NCBI GenBank assembly: GCA_024234615.1
Contig: JACKNY010000002.1
Span: 398,111 to 462,110 of the forward strand
Source of the DNA: Pseudomonadales bacterium
GTDB taxonomy: Bacteria > Pseudomonadota > Gammaproteobacteria > Pseudomonadales > IMCC2047
Reading direction: 5' to 3'
Length of the DNA stretch: 64,000 bases
Positions 19,105-29,660 of this stretch are shown here, in pieces. A program made the translations under genes and the position numbers. How positions within the stretch are numbered: position 1 is the stretch's first letter; each line of letters opens with the position of its first letter. The notes beneath the pieces are model-generated. The model worked only from the letters and a program-made list of their open reading frames with translations, was not told where the DNA came from and did not search any database.

Positions 19105-21279
19105 ATGGACGACATCATTAATATCTCTCGTCGACAGTTAGTAAAGGGTGGTGCCACTAGTCTTCTCTTGGCCTTTACCCTCCCCTTAAGACCTCGGTTG
19201 GCACTGTCGGATACATCAATACCCACCCCAACCCGTCTGAATGCATTCTTAAAGCTCGACAACAACGGTAAAGTCACCTTCTATAGCCCTTTTATCGAAA
19301 TGGGCCAAGGTACTTACACTTCGCTACCCATGTTGGTTGCCGAAGAATTGGATATCAATATAGAGGCTATAAAAGTCGTACAGGCACCGCACGGAGATGA
19401 GTATAAAATCATGTTTGGTGGCACTCGACGTTTCACCGGCGGGAGTTTTAGTATTCGTTCGAGCTATGACACGATGCGCAGTGCTGGAGCAGCAGCCCGT
19501 AGTATGCTATTGGAAGCCGCCGCTCAAACCTGGCAAGTCCCTGTCACGCAATTGCAAACTGAATTAGGCTATGTATTACACAGCTCGACAGGGCGCAAGC
19601 TCACCTATGGCAGCCTAGTACAACAAGCGGCAAAAATAACACCACCAGATAATCCCATTCTAAAACCACCTTCGGCATTTCGTTACATTGGCAAACCCGT
19701 CAAGCGTACCGATTCGAAAGTCAAAACAGACGGCTCTGCTGAATTTGGTATCGATGTTAAAGTACCGGGCATGCTCTATGCTGCGGTTAAGAAAAGTCCA
19801 GTCTATGGCGCTGCGCTAAAATCTTTTGATACCGAAGCCGTCAGTAAATTAGCGGGTATTATTGCCATCGAGCCTATCCCTCATGGCGTAGCAGTGGTGG
19901 CCGACACTTTTTGGCATGCGAAGCAGGCACTCGATCAACTGCCTGTTGTTTTTGAAGCATCAGAAAACGAGGCCTTTTCATCAGCTAATCTTGCCCAGCA
20001 AATGATTGCACGCTTGGATGAGCCCGGTATTACCGCAGAAACCAAAGGCGATGTTACGCTGGCATTCAAACAGGCAAAGCATGTAATAAGTGCGGTCTAT
20101 GAAGTGCCTTTTTTGGCGCACACAACTATGGAGCCAATGAACTGTACAGCGTTAGTCACCAATAAATCCTGCGAACTTTGGGCGCCAAATCAGGGTGCCG
20201 ATTTTTTTGCTGAAATGGCGGCCAACCTTACTGGTCTACCACTTTCTAAAATCACTGTACATACGCCCTTTCTCGGTGGCGGTTTTGGTCGTCGTTTTTA
20301 CTCAGACTACGCTGAACAGGCCGTACTGCTCTCGAAAAAACTGGGCAAGCCCATTAAAGTGATATGGACTCGGGAAGAAGATATACAACAGGACTTTTTC
20401 CGGCCAATGACGGTGGTAAAACATCGTGCAGCCATTGACCAAACAGGTAGTATTAGCGGCTGGCATTCAACACTGGCCGGCGAGGGTCCCTCTGGGCGCT
20501 TATCTCGCCCCAAGCCCAACGAGGTGGATAATTCCGTGGTTGAGGGTGCTAGAGATCAACCCTACCAGATCACCAATAAGCGGGTTGATTGGGTAGAGCA
20601 CAAACATCCTATTCCGATCGGCTTTTGGCGTTCGGTCGGGCACTCTTTTAACGGTTTTATCACCGAAAGCTTCGTTGACGAAATGGCCTATGCCACCGAT
20701 AAAGAGCCCGTCGAGTTCAGACGCGGCCTGCTTTCCGAAGCCCCTCGCTTCCTCAGACTTTTAAATAGCGTCACCGAGATGGCTGGTTATCGGGCGGGCA
20801 TTCAGGAGGTGTCCGGCGTGCGATATGCCTATGGCTTCGCTATGCACAAATCCTTTAATTCCATCGTAGCTCAGGTTGCCAAGGTTTCCATTGAGGAAGG
20901 TCAGGCCAATGTCCATAAGATTTGGTGCGCGGTCGACTGCGGCACTGCCGTTAATCCAGACACTATCGAGGCACAAATGCAAAGCGGCATTTCCACAGGC
21001 TTATCACAATTATTTTTTGAAGAGGTTACTTTCGCAAAGGGTAAAGCCGAGCAGAGTAACTTCCATAATTATCGGATATTACCGCCTAACATGATGCCGG
21101 ATGTAGCAGTGAAAATTATTCAAAGCGGTGCGGAGACCGGCGGAATAGGCGAACCCGGTACGCCGCCAACAGCGGCAGCGGTGACCAACGCGATATTTAA
21201 GCTTACCAAACACCGAATTCGGCAATTACCGATAGCTAATATCGATTTGTCCATTGCCGTTGAAGAAACCCCTGGCTAG
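19105..21279 (+). CDS. xanthine-dehydrogenase-family molybdopterin-binding large subunit (IorB-like)
   Basis: Twin-arginine signal (SRRQLVKGGA). MoCo-binding family motifs are present (GGGFGRR, AHTTMEP, GIGEPGTPP). Confidence 0.9.
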   Translation: MDDIINISRRQLVKGGATSLLLAFTLPLRPRLALSDTSIPTPTRLNAFLKLDNNGKVTFYSPFIEMGQGTYTSLPMLVAEELDINIEAIKVVQAPHGDEYKIMFGGTRRFTGGSFSIRSSYDTMRSAGAAARSMLLEAAAQTWQVPVTQLQTELGYVLHSSTGRKLTYGSLVQQAAKITPPDNPILKPPSAFRYIGKPVKRTDSKVKTDGSAEFGIDVKVPGMLYAAVKKSPVYGAALKSFDTEAVSKLAGIIAIEPIPHGVAVVADTFWHAKQALDQLPVVFEASENEAFSSANLAQQMIARLDEPGITAETKGDVTLAFKQAKHVISAVYEVPFLAHTTMEPMNCTALVTNKSCELWAPNQGADFFAEMAANLTGLPLSKITVHTPFLGGGFGRRFYSDYAEQAVLLSKKLGKPIKVIWTREEDIQQDFFRPMTVVKHRAAIDQTGSISGWHSTLAGEGPSGRLSRPKPNEVDNSVVEGARDQPYQITNKRVDWVEHKHPIPIGFWRSVGHSFNGFITESFVDEMAYATDKEPVEFRRGLLSEAPRFLRLLNSVTEMAGYRAGIQEVSGVRYAYGFAMHKSFNSIVAQVAKVSIEEGQANVHKIWCAVDCGTAVNPDTIEAQMQSGISTGLSQLFFEEVTFAKGKAEQSNFHNYRILPPNMMPDVAVKIIQSGAETGGIGEPGTPPTAAAVTNAIFKLTKHRIRQLPIANIDLSIAVEETPG

Positions 21280-24200
21280 CTAACCAGCCGTAAATCCCGG
21301 CCTTTGCGGACAAGCGCCTCAAACTCAGTCGCAGTAACAGGACGACTATAGAGAAAACCCTGACCCTCCGAGCAACCCGCTTGTCGGAGAAAGTTAGCCT
21401 GTTCAGTGGTTTCAATACCCTCAGCAACTACCCTTAAGTCAAGGTTTTTACCCAATCCGATGATAGCGTTGGAGATTGCCATATCATTGGAGTCACCTGG
21501 TATATCTCGAATAAAGGAACCGTCAATTTTCAATTTATGAATGGGCAATTTTTTCAAATAACTCAATGACGAATAGCCTGTACCAAAATCATCTATCGCC
21601 AGCCCGACACCCAGGCTTCTCACTTCCTCCAGTTGGCTGATGGCGAAATTGGCCTGCTGCATAATAAAGCCTTCCGTAATCTCAAGTTCAAGCTTAGCAG
21701 CGGGTAACTGCGTCTCCTCAAGAATTTTCCTTACCTCTTTCGCTAGTCCACTGCGTTGGATTTGGGTGCCCGCAATATTAACGGCAATCGATCCGAACTC
21801 GATACCTTTGTCATGCCAGACTTTTCCCTGCGTGCAAGCTGTACGTAAAACCCATTCACCGATCGAATGAATGAGGCCACACTCCTCCGCGATAGGAATG
21901 AATTTAACGGGGGAAACCAAACCTTGCTCGGGATGTTGCCAACGAATCAGTGCCTCGGCCCCAATAATTTTGCCTGACGCTATGTCTACCTGAGGCTGAT
22001 AGAACAACACAAATTGCTCTTGAATTAACGCTTGACGCAGACTGTTTTCCAAAAGCACTCGTTCAAATGCATTACGCGTCAATTCTTCCGTATAAAACTC
22101 AAAGGTATTGCGCCCTTCATCTTTAGCTCGATACATAGCGGCATCGGCATTTCTTAACAATTCAGCAGCATCTTTACCGTCCTGAGGATAAAGACTAATC
22201 CCCATACTAGCGGTGGTTTGAATTTCCCTACCGCCGATTTGTACACAGTTGGCAAATACGCGCATCACTTTTTCTGCGATGCTGGCGGCATGATATGATG
22301 AGCCAATATCTTCCAGCAGCAGGACAAATTCATCTCCTCCAATACGGGCCACGGTATCCCCCGACCGTACCGTTTTTTTCAACGTCTGCGCAATGGCGCT
22401 TAATAAGGAATCGCCTGCGGGATGCCCTAGGCTGTCATTAATATTTTTGAAGCGATCCAAATCCATAAAGATTACCGCCAACTGCGTATTTTGTCGTTCC
22501 GCATGTTTGATGGATTGGGTTAACCGTTCATTCAAGAGAAGCCTATTTGGCAGGCCCGTCAGGGCATCATGGTGGGCAAGGTGATCCAATTGCTCTTGAG
22601 ATTTTTTGATATGGCTAATATCAGAAAATATCGCAATATAGTGGGTCAGTTGCCCCTGTTCGTTTTCTACCTTGTTAATAGAACTCCATACGGGAAATAC
22701 CGTCCCATTTTTATGGCGGTTCCAAATTTCACCGCGCCATTGCCCCACCTCAGTGAGGGACTTCCACAGAATTTCATAAAATAATTTATCATGACGTTCT
22801 GACTTCCAGAGACGAGGATTTTGGCCTACAACATCCTTCCGCTGGTAGCCCAATATCTCAATACAGGCATCGTTAACCTCAAGAATATTGCCCTGGTGGT
22901 CGGTAATGACCACTCCTTCGCTAGTGTTTTCGAAGACACTAGCCGCCAATCTTAACTGCTCCTCTACCCTTCTAGAGGGGCTCAAATCTCGCAACGTAAC
23001 CAACATTCCGGTGGGCGCACCGTATTCTCCCCGCACCAGTTTAATGGTGACCTCTGCTGGCCAATCACTGCTTGGATTATTGGTATCCCCTTGTTCAAAA
23101 ACAACCACGCCTTCCTCCCCCCTATCTTGTAACTGGCAGGCCTTACAGGTAGCGCGGTCATGACGAGGGTCCATAGAATCAAGAATCGATTTGCCCACGG
23201 ACTTGGCCGGAGTCGACCCAATTCTGTGATAAAATGCTTTATTGGCGCGAACTAAGCGCCGCTCCATGTCAGTCAGGAAGACAGCATCACCAAACTCATC
23301 CATGGCTTGCATCCATTCCTCATTAGCACTGGCCAACTCGTCCTGTATTTTTTTCCGTTCCATGGCAATACCGACAATATGACCCATTGCGTCGATCAAT
23401 GCTATTTCGTCTTCATCGGGCACACCGGCTTCTTTACGGTATAGCGCAAAGGTGCCAAGCACAACTCCTTTACTATCCACTATCGGCTCAGACCAACAGG
23501 CGCGGAAGCCAAATTTATCACCAAGCTCGCTAAACGCTACCCAGCGCGGGTCTGTCGCAACATCTGCAACCATAACCCGTTCATTCAAGTAAGCCGCTGT
23601 ACCGCAGGAGCCCATATTTGACCCTATTTCCAGTCCATCGATAATTTCGTTATATGCTGATGGCATGCTGGGAGCTGCCCCATGACGTAACTTAGTTTCT
23701 TCGAGCCTCAAAATTGAAGCTCTGGTATTCGGGCAATGCGTTTCAGTAAAATTGATAATTGCTTCAAACACCTGATACAAGGACGTATCTCCTCTGGAAA
23801 TAAGTTCCAGCAGTTGATTTTGTCCGGTGATGAGATTTTCCGCGTGCTTATACTTAGTAATATTGGTCGAAAGACCACAAACGGCGTAAGGTTTACCTTT
23901 TTCATCGCGTAAAGGAAACTTTTTGGTAATGTAATACTGATTACTGTTGTGATCCGGCGCCTGATCCTCCTGAATCAATGGCCCATTATTCTTTATCACC
24001 TCCTTATCCTGCGCTTGAACCCCCTCGGCGATTTCCTTGGGGAAAATATCAAAATCGGTTTTACCGATAAGCTGATCGCGTTTCACATTGAATAATTGTT
24101 CAAACTGATTATTGACTAAGAGAAATTTTCCCTCCAAGTCTTTCAAGCAGATAATGGATGGCGCGTTATCGACAATAGCTAGCAGTCGTTGTTCGCTTGC

Positions 24201-24719
24201 CAGCAATTGCAACTGAGAGTCTCTACGTTCACACGCTACTTGTCGTAATTCCCTGGTTCGAGCTTTGACGCGGCTCCGCAGTACGAAAGTACCTGCCAAT
24301 AACAGAAGAAATATCAATAGTCCCGCCAGAAAAAGCCATTTTATCCAGTTCGGCACCATCGGTTTTTCCGAGGGCTTATCTAGTAACCATTTTTCGGTCA
24401 ATTGAAAATAACTTAAATCTGGTGTGCTCTTAAGTTGGTTTAACCGCTGATCAATTCTTGATTCTAAGTAGGACATGAGCCTGCCATCCTTGGGAGACGC
24501 TATGCTTAGGCCTGCCCAGAAATCCGTTGGATAGCCTTGTTTATCAGTAAATATAGCGGGAGAACGATGATAAAAGCCGGCTTTTAGAACCTGAGGAGTT
24601 TCCGCTGCCAAAACGCTCGTGGGAGTCATCAATATCACGTAGATGAGTAGAACTAAGCTGCTCAGAGAACGTTGTTTACCACAGGTCCAATTATTGTCAG
24701 CTTTGGATTTAACCATCAT
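21276..24719 (-). CDS. membrane sensor PAS-GAF-PAS diguanylate cyclase/phosphodiesterase (GGDEF-EAL)
   Basis: Signal/TM segment, short periplasmic segment, second TM, PAS and GAF regions. GGDEF is intact with an RxxD I-site (RSGDTVARIGGDEF). EAL motifs are intact (EALIRW, DDFGTGYSS, EGIET). Confidence 0.9.
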   Translation of the reverse strand: MMVKSKADNNWTCGKQRSLSSLVLLIYVILMTPTSVLAAETPQVLKAGFYHRSPAIFTDKQGYPTDFWAGLSIASPKDGRLMSYLESRIDQRLNQLKSTPDLSYFQLTEKWLLDKPSEKPMVPNWIKWLFLAGLLIFLLLLAGTFVLRSRVKARTRELRQVACERRDSQLQLLASEQRLLAIVDNAPSIICLKDLEGKFLLVNNQFEQLFNVKRDQLIGKTDFDIFPKEIAEGVQAQDKEVIKNNGPLIQEDQAPDHNSNQYYITKKFPLRDEKGKPYAVCGLSTNITKYKHAENLITGQNQLLELISRGDTSLYQVFEAIINFTETHCPNTRASILRLEETKLRHGAAPSMPSAYNEIIDGLEIGSNMGSCGTAAYLNERVMVADVATDPRWVAFSELGDKFGFRACWSEPIVDSKGVVLGTFALYRKEAGVPDEDEIALIDAMGHIVGIAMERKKIQDELASANEEWMQAMDEFGDAVFLTDMERRLVRANKAFYHRIGSTPAKSVGKSILDSMDPRHDRATCKACQLQDRGEEGVVVFEQGDTNNPSSDWPAEVTIKLVRGEYGAPTGMLVTLRDLSPSRRVEEQLRLAASVFENTSEGVVITDHQGNILEVNDACIEILGYQRKDVVGQNPRLWKSERHDKLFYEILWKSLTEVGQWRGEIWNRHKNGTVFPVWSSINKVENEQGQLTHYIAIFSDISHIKKSQEQLDHLAHHDALTGLPNRLLLNERLTQSIKHAERQNTQLAVIFMDLDRFKNINDSLGHPAGDSLLSAIAQTLKKTVRSGDTVARIGGDEFVLLLEDIGSSYHAASIAEKVMRVFANCVQIGGREIQTTASMGISLYPQDGKDAAELLRNADAAMYRAKDEGRNTFEFYTEELTRNAFERVLLENSLRQALIQEQFVLFYQPQVDIASGKIIGAEALIRWQHPEQGLVSPVKFIPIAEECGLIHSIGEWVLRTACTQGKVWHDKGIEFGSIAVNIAGTQIQRSGLAKEVRKILEETQLPAAKLELEITEGFIMQQANFAISQLEEVRSLGVGLAIDDFGTGYSSLSYLKKLPIHKLKIDGSFIRDIPGDSNDMAISNAIIGLGKNLDLRVVAEGIETTEQANFLRQAGCSEGQGFLYSRPVTATEFEALVRKGRDLRLVS

Positions 24720-24945
24720 GCTAAATACGACCCTGTTCGTACATCCTATGTATTTGAGACTAAACCGTTAAACTTAGAACAAAACGTGAGAACAGTTTTT
24801 CCGTCTCATCCGGCAAAAGTGCATGAACTCAGTATAGTACAGTTTTCTAACGGCCATACTCGGGAATGATTATTCCGGCGACATCTATGATACCTTTAAC
24901 CACCAAGGCAATAATAAAAATGAATGTGTCTCGTGGCTTGGGCGT

Positions 24946-25230
24946 TTAATGCATGTCAAATAGTTGGATTGAATAACCTTTATCGAATGCTTCCTTAAGT
25001 GCTTTATCAGCATTAACGACCTTTGCATTATTGATTAGTTTTTCGTTCAAAGCTTTTCTTTTTTCAATATCAACGTCGATAAAACCCGCTCTGAGCAAAT
25101 AGAGCTGACATAGTTTTTCTGCACCTAATGCATCTTTAAAATTAATGTACACAATAAAAGGGACAATCTGTCCGATAGCAATACCATCCATCGCTTTGCG
25201 CGCTTTTGCACTGACTGAAAAAATATACAT
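24946..25230 (-). CDS. hypothetical small protein (94 aa)
   Basis: The track ORF runs 24946..25257. ATG at 25230 is preceded by GGAGAG, so I use it as the start. No family recognised. It lies in a visibly AT-rich spacer. Confidence 0.45.
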   Translation of the reverse strand: MYIFSVSAKARKAMDGIAIGQIVPFIVYINFKDALGAEKLCQLYLLRAGFIDVDIEKRKALNEKLINNAKVVNADKALKEAFDKGYSIQLFDMH

Positions 25231-25316
25231 AAACTCTCCAAAAATCATGCTTTGCACAACAAAAAACGGCCCAACGGCTACTATAAGTGATCTGATTAAT
25301 ATTTAGGAACCCTAGT

Positions 25317-28205
25317 TCAGACTATGACGATTACGCGCAACGCATCTAGGTTCAACTTGGCATTTTGTAAATAGTATTCGAGGCTATCTGTTTCTTGCTT
25401 TAACAGCTCAATTTCCTGAAGTCGAATATTCGGATTGACCTTCGCCAAGGCTTGCAAGCGCTGCAGCTCTAGCGCTTGCGCTTGCTGCATGTCTGAAATC
25501 GCCTGTTTTACCAGTGTTTCCTGCTGGGGCCGCACCCTGGTTTCAGCCTGTTCCAGCATGTCGGCAATTTGCGTCTGTGCATGCCGTACCAATTCGCGTG
25601 CTACCGCTTTTTTTACGCGCTGAACCCGTTGATTGAGGCGTTCGTGCGTCAACACTTCCGTAAAGTCCTTGTGGTTCACATCCAGCAATATACGCACTGA
25701 GGTTAAGGGCAAGTACCTAGCTAATTGTAATTGTGCCGGAGCCGGACAATGCAGCACAAATACTGCTTCCAGTAACAATGAACCGGGTTTAAGCGGCGGT
25801 AATTTTAGAGTGCAGACGGAAGTATTCCCAAACCCTTCATTCAATACCATATCCATGGCACCAACCACCATAGGATGTTCCCAGGTGAGGAATTGAATAT
25901 CTTCTCGCACTAGCGCAAGTCGACGCGAATGGGTGACTGTTACACCACCTTCCGGTAACCCAGGAAAGTGTGAACTGTACATGTGATCCCCAGGATGCAA
26001 CACCAAACTATTAGGGCCGTGAGTATCTTGATCAACGCCGAACTGTTCGAATACGCGCGACATATAGCCAAATAATTCTTGCCCTTTCTCCTGCTCTTCT
26101 ATCAGCCTGACAATCCGCTGCGCCTCTTGCGGTTTACAGGAGCTAAGCTCCAGCAGTTTATCCCTACCTTGCTGCAATGTCTGTTGCAGCTGTTCGCGCA
26201 CTGTTCTGGTTTCAATAATCAGCTGATCGATATTTTCTCCAGTCAACATACATTGTTGTAACTGCCCAGCGAAGTGCTGAAAAACAGCCTGACCAACCGC
26301 GCTGGTTTGTGCAAAACCGTTAATACCTTCATGATGCCAGCGCAACAAGGTTGCCTGTGCACTGAGTTCGATATAGGGCACATGTATTTTGACGGTTTCA
26401 CGCTGACCGATTCGATCCAGACGACCAATTCGTTGCTCCAGCAGGTCGGGATTAAGGGGTAGATCAAACAACACCAGATGATGGGCAAATTGGAAGTTAC
26501 GACCCTCACTACCAATTTCAGAGCAAATCAGTATCTGAGCCCCTTCCTCGATATCGGCAAAATAGGCAGCGGCTCTATCGCGCGCCACCAACTCCATACC
26601 CTCGTGAAACACCGCTGACTGAACCCCGCTTTTGTGTCTTAGGTATTCCTCCAACACCACAGCAGTTTCTGCTCGTGCACAGATCACTAAAGCTTTAGAC
26701 TCACGATTTTTGCGAAGCCACTGGCTCAGCCATTGCACGCGCGGATCCTGAGCGGGCCAATTATCTCCCAACACTAGCTCTGGATAGAGGCGCAGCTCAA
26801 TATTATCTGCCTCAGATGTTGCCAATTCCAATGCTTGCGGCGCTTGCAACGGGTGCGTGATAAGTTGTCGTTCAGGAAAACCTTTGACGTTATCGCGAGT
26901 GTTACGGAACAGCACACGACCAATACCATGGCGATCTAACAGCGCACCAATGAGTGGCTCAACAATTTGCTGGAGCGGGGATTCGCTCGGATAACCCGCT
27001 AACCAATTGCGCAGCGGTTCAATACTGGTTTGATCTAAATACTGTTGCAGTTGTTCGAGGAGTTTTCCCAGTTCTTCAGGTTCTGGCAGCAGCGCTGTAT
27101 TTGCCAGTTCCTGCGCATCTACCCAGCACAGCAACTCCTGTACTAAGCTGTTGATTTGCTGATAATTAGCCTCCTCCTCGCGAAACTTATCCAGATCGTA
27201 ATAACGGTCTGGATCGAGTAATCGCAACCGGGCAAAGTGGCTATCCAGCCCTAATTGCTCCGGCGTAGCCGTTAGCAACAGCAAACCCTGCGCTACTTTG
27301 GCCAGGGCTTCTACGCAGCGGTAAGCCGGACTCGTTTGCTGCTCTGACCACTCCAGGTGGTGTGCTTCATCGACCAACAGCAAATCCCATGCGCTGGCTA
27401 ACGCCTGTTGCTGTGCCGATGGATTCTCAACTAGCAAAGAAATCGGACAGAGCACTAGCTGCGCGGCCTCAAAGGGGTTGGAATCGTCCAACGCTACTGC
27501 TTCAAAGCGCTCATGATCTAAAATTGTAAAATGTAAGTTAAAACGCCGCAGCATTTCAACCAGCCACTGATGTACCAAATTTTCCGGCACCAAAATCATC
27601 ACCCGACTGGCTCTGCCACTGAAAAGTTGTTGGTGGGTAATCAATCCTGCTTCAATCGTTTTGCCCAGCCCCACTTCGTCCGCTAGCAATACCCGGGGGG
27701 CAAAACGTTTGGCGGTTTCATGTGCGATATAGAGTTGGTGCGGTAATAGCTGTACCCGCGCACCGAGCAATCCACTCACTGAAGACTGCTGATGCCGACG
27801 AATTTGTTCGATGGTTTCGCAGCGCAATTCAAAGCGTTTGTTATGATCAATTTGACCGGCAAACAGACGCGCTTTTGGCGTACTAATCTGTACAAAGGCG
27901 TTTAGCTCAAGCTCATGTAGCTCGTAGCTTTTTCCCTCGCTGTCGGCGCCGCGATAGACTAAGCAACCATCGATGGTCGCTACCTCATCAACCTTAATGC
28001 GCAGATCATCCATACTGACGATTTCATCGCCCACCGAATATTGCACGCGACCAACCGGCGCATTATCAATCGCGTAAGTACGCCGTTCTCCGGCAGCAGG
28101 AAAACTTAACACAAGCTGGCGGTCATTGGCTTCGACTACTATACCAAGACCAAGATTGGTTTCGGTTTCACTAACCCAACGTTGACCGGGAATAAAAACT
28201 GGCAC
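25317..28205 (-). CDS. rapA: RNA polymerase-associated SNF2-family ATPase RapA (HepA)
   Basis: The N-terminus MPVFIPGQRWVSETETNLGLG parallels E. coli RapA. Helicase motifs are present (DEVGLGKT, DEAHH, TATP, QRIGRLDRIGQ). Confidence 0.95.
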   Translation of the reverse strand: MPVFIPGQRWVSETETNLGLGIVVEANDRQLVLSFPAAGERRTYAIDNAPVGRVQYSVGDEIVSMDDLRIKVDEVATIDGCLVYRGADSEGKSYELHELELNAFVQISTPKARLFAGQIDHNKRFELRCETIEQIRRHQQSSVSGLLGARVQLLPHQLYIAHETAKRFAPRVLLADEVGLGKTIEAGLITHQQLFSGRASRVMILVPENLVHQWLVEMLRRFNLHFTILDHERFEAVALDDSNPFEAAQLVLCPISLLVENPSAQQQALASAWDLLLVDEAHHLEWSEQQTSPAYRCVEALAKVAQGLLLLTATPEQLGLDSHFARLRLLDPDRYYDLDKFREEEANYQQINSLVQELLCWVDAQELANTALLPEPEELGKLLEQLQQYLDQTSIEPLRNWLAGYPSESPLQQIVEPLIGALLDRHGIGRVLFRNTRDNVKGFPERQLITHPLQAPQALELATSEADNIELRLYPELVLGDNWPAQDPRVQWLSQWLRKNRESKALVICARAETAVVLEEYLRHKSGVQSAVFHEGMELVARDRAAAYFADIEEGAQILICSEIGSEGRNFQFAHHLVLFDLPLNPDLLEQRIGRLDRIGQRETVKIHVPYIELSAQATLLRWHHEGINGFAQTSAVGQAVFQHFAGQLQQCMLTGENIDQLIIETRTVREQLQQTLQQGRDKLLELSSCKPQEAQRIVRLIEEQEKGQELFGYMSRVFEQFGVDQDTHGPNSLVLHPGDHMYSSHFPGLPEGGVTVTHSRRLALVREDIQFLTWEHPMVVGAMDMVLNEGFGNTSVCTLKLPPLKPGSLLLEAVFVLHCPAPAQLQLARYLPLTSVRILLDVNHKDFTEVLTHERLNQRVQRVKKAVARELVRHAQTQIADMLEQAETRVRPQQETLVKQAISDMQQAQALELQRLQALAKVNPNIRLQEIELLKQETDSLEYYLQNAKLNLDALRVIVIV

Positions 28206-28314
28206 TACTGAACTTCCTTTATATATTAGAAATAACCCGTATCGGTTATAGTGGCGCGGATGATAAGGTATACGAGACAGCGAATCACTTATTTTTGCGG
28301 ATTGAGTTCAAACT

Positions 28315-28848
28315 ATGGCGTTAAAAGCGACCATCTTTAAAGCGGAAGTCAGTATCGCTGATATGGACCGCCATTATTATGCGACGCATCAGCTCACAAT
28401 TGCACGTCATCCCTCAGAAACCGACGAGCGAATGATGCTGCGATTGCTGGCATTTGCCATGAATGCCAATCAGGATCTTAGTTTCAGCAAGGGGCTGAGC
28501 ACCGAAAAGGAGCCAGAACTTTGGCAAAAGAGTCTGAGCAATGAAATTCTGCTCTGGATTGAGCTGGGACAACCGGATGAAAAACGTATTCGCAAAGCCT
28601 GTCATCAAGCGCAACGTGTAATTATCTATTGCTATGGTGGCCGTGCAGCTGAAATTTGGTGGGCGACGCTCAAATCACAATTAACTCGTTTTGAGAATCT
28701 CACTATTATCAATGTGCCACCGGAAATTTCCCAGTCATTAGCCAAAATGGCAGCACGTACAATGCAATTAAACTATAGCATTGACGAAGGCCAGATTAGT
28801 ATCAACGATAAAAACTCGATGGTTCTTTATGAACCTGAAGTCTGGTGA
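28315..28848 (+). CDS. yaeQ: YaeQ family protein
   Basis: MALKATIFKAEVSIADMDRHYY...HPSETDERMMLRLLAF is the characteristic YaeQ N-terminus. Confidence 0.88.
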   Translation: MALKATIFKAEVSIADMDRHYYATHQLTIARHPSETDERMMLRLLAFAMNANQDLSFSKGLSTEKEPELWQKSLSNEILLWIELGQPDEKRIRKACHQAQRVIIYCYGGRAAEIWWATLKSQLTRFENLTIINVPPEISQSLAKMAARTMQLNYSIDEGQISINDKNSMVLYEPEVW

Positions 28849-28883
28849 AAGTCGCGTTAATGTTGCTATCGGCAACCCATTAA

Positions 28884-29660
28884 CTATGGTTGGCTGGCAA
28901 ATACGCGACGTAATAATTCCGTGCTGCGCTTGAGCGGATCTTTTCGAATCGCCGCTTCTTCGATGGCTAAATAATGAAAGATGCCATCCAAACATTTGTC
29001 CAAAGTATAGTTTGAAATATCCGCCTGCACGTCCGGAACAAAGGGTATTGACTGGTATCGTCCCATCACACTTTTATAGGCTTGCAAGACCCCTATCTCA
29101 GAGAGCTTTTGGTCAATAATCGGTTGCATTGCCGCTTTCAGCGGAGCATTCATTTTTTCTTTAAAATAACTCGTCGCGGCGTCATCCGCGCCATTAAAAA
29201 TGCGCTTAACGTCATCAATGCTCATTTCCCTGATGGCGTTCCAAAATAACGTTTTCGCCTGTGGCGTCGCTTCCTCTGCGGCATGATTCAACTTCGCTTC
29301 GATATCCTGCAACGCTGACCCCATACCTATTTTATCCAGGGTTGACTGTACAACTGCCAATTGTGCTGGTAATGGAATATGAATAGCTTTGTCTGCGTTA
29401 AAGCCGTCGGCTTTACCCAATTGCCGCACAACATTTTCCGTACCCACGCGCAACGCTTCTTTAAGTCCATCAGCTATTTCACCTGTGCTCAGGGACTGCA
29501 CTTGCTTTTCGGTGAACAACCCTCCCAGCAGTGATTTACCTCGCTCCCACCATTTTGTTTCTTCGGCAGTCAAAATACTGGGGAAAGCTGATAAGCCAAC
29601 ACCTATCATCAATACACAGAGACTTTTACGAAGCAGTTTTTCATCTTCACGACTCAGCAT
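28884..29660 (-). CDS. DUF4197 domain-containing secreted protein
   Basis: Signal peptide. LSTGEIADGLKEALRVG and IPLP..L motifs are typical of DUF4197. Confidence 0.72.
   Translation of the reverse strand: MLSREDEKLLRKSLCVLMIGVGLSAFPSILTAEETKWWERGKSLLGGLFTEKQVQSLSTGEIADGLKEALRVGTENVVRQLGKADGFNADKAIHIPLPAQLAVVQSTLDKIGMGSALQDIEAKLNHAAEEATPQAKTLFWNAIREMSIDDVKRIFNGADDAATSYFKEKMNAPLKAAMQPIIDQKLSEIGVLQAYKSVMGRYQSIPFVPDVQADISNYTLDKCLDGIFHYLAIEEAAIRKDPLKRSTELLRRVFASQP

Noticed and set aside
24861-24872. 12-nt identity (CGGGAATGATTA) between the AT-rich pocket and the CueR operator region (48393-48404)
   Set aside because: A single 12-mer match is expected by chance many times in a 64-kb window when both strands are compared. 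The first copy lacks the CATTCC-N7-GGAATG dyad architecture.
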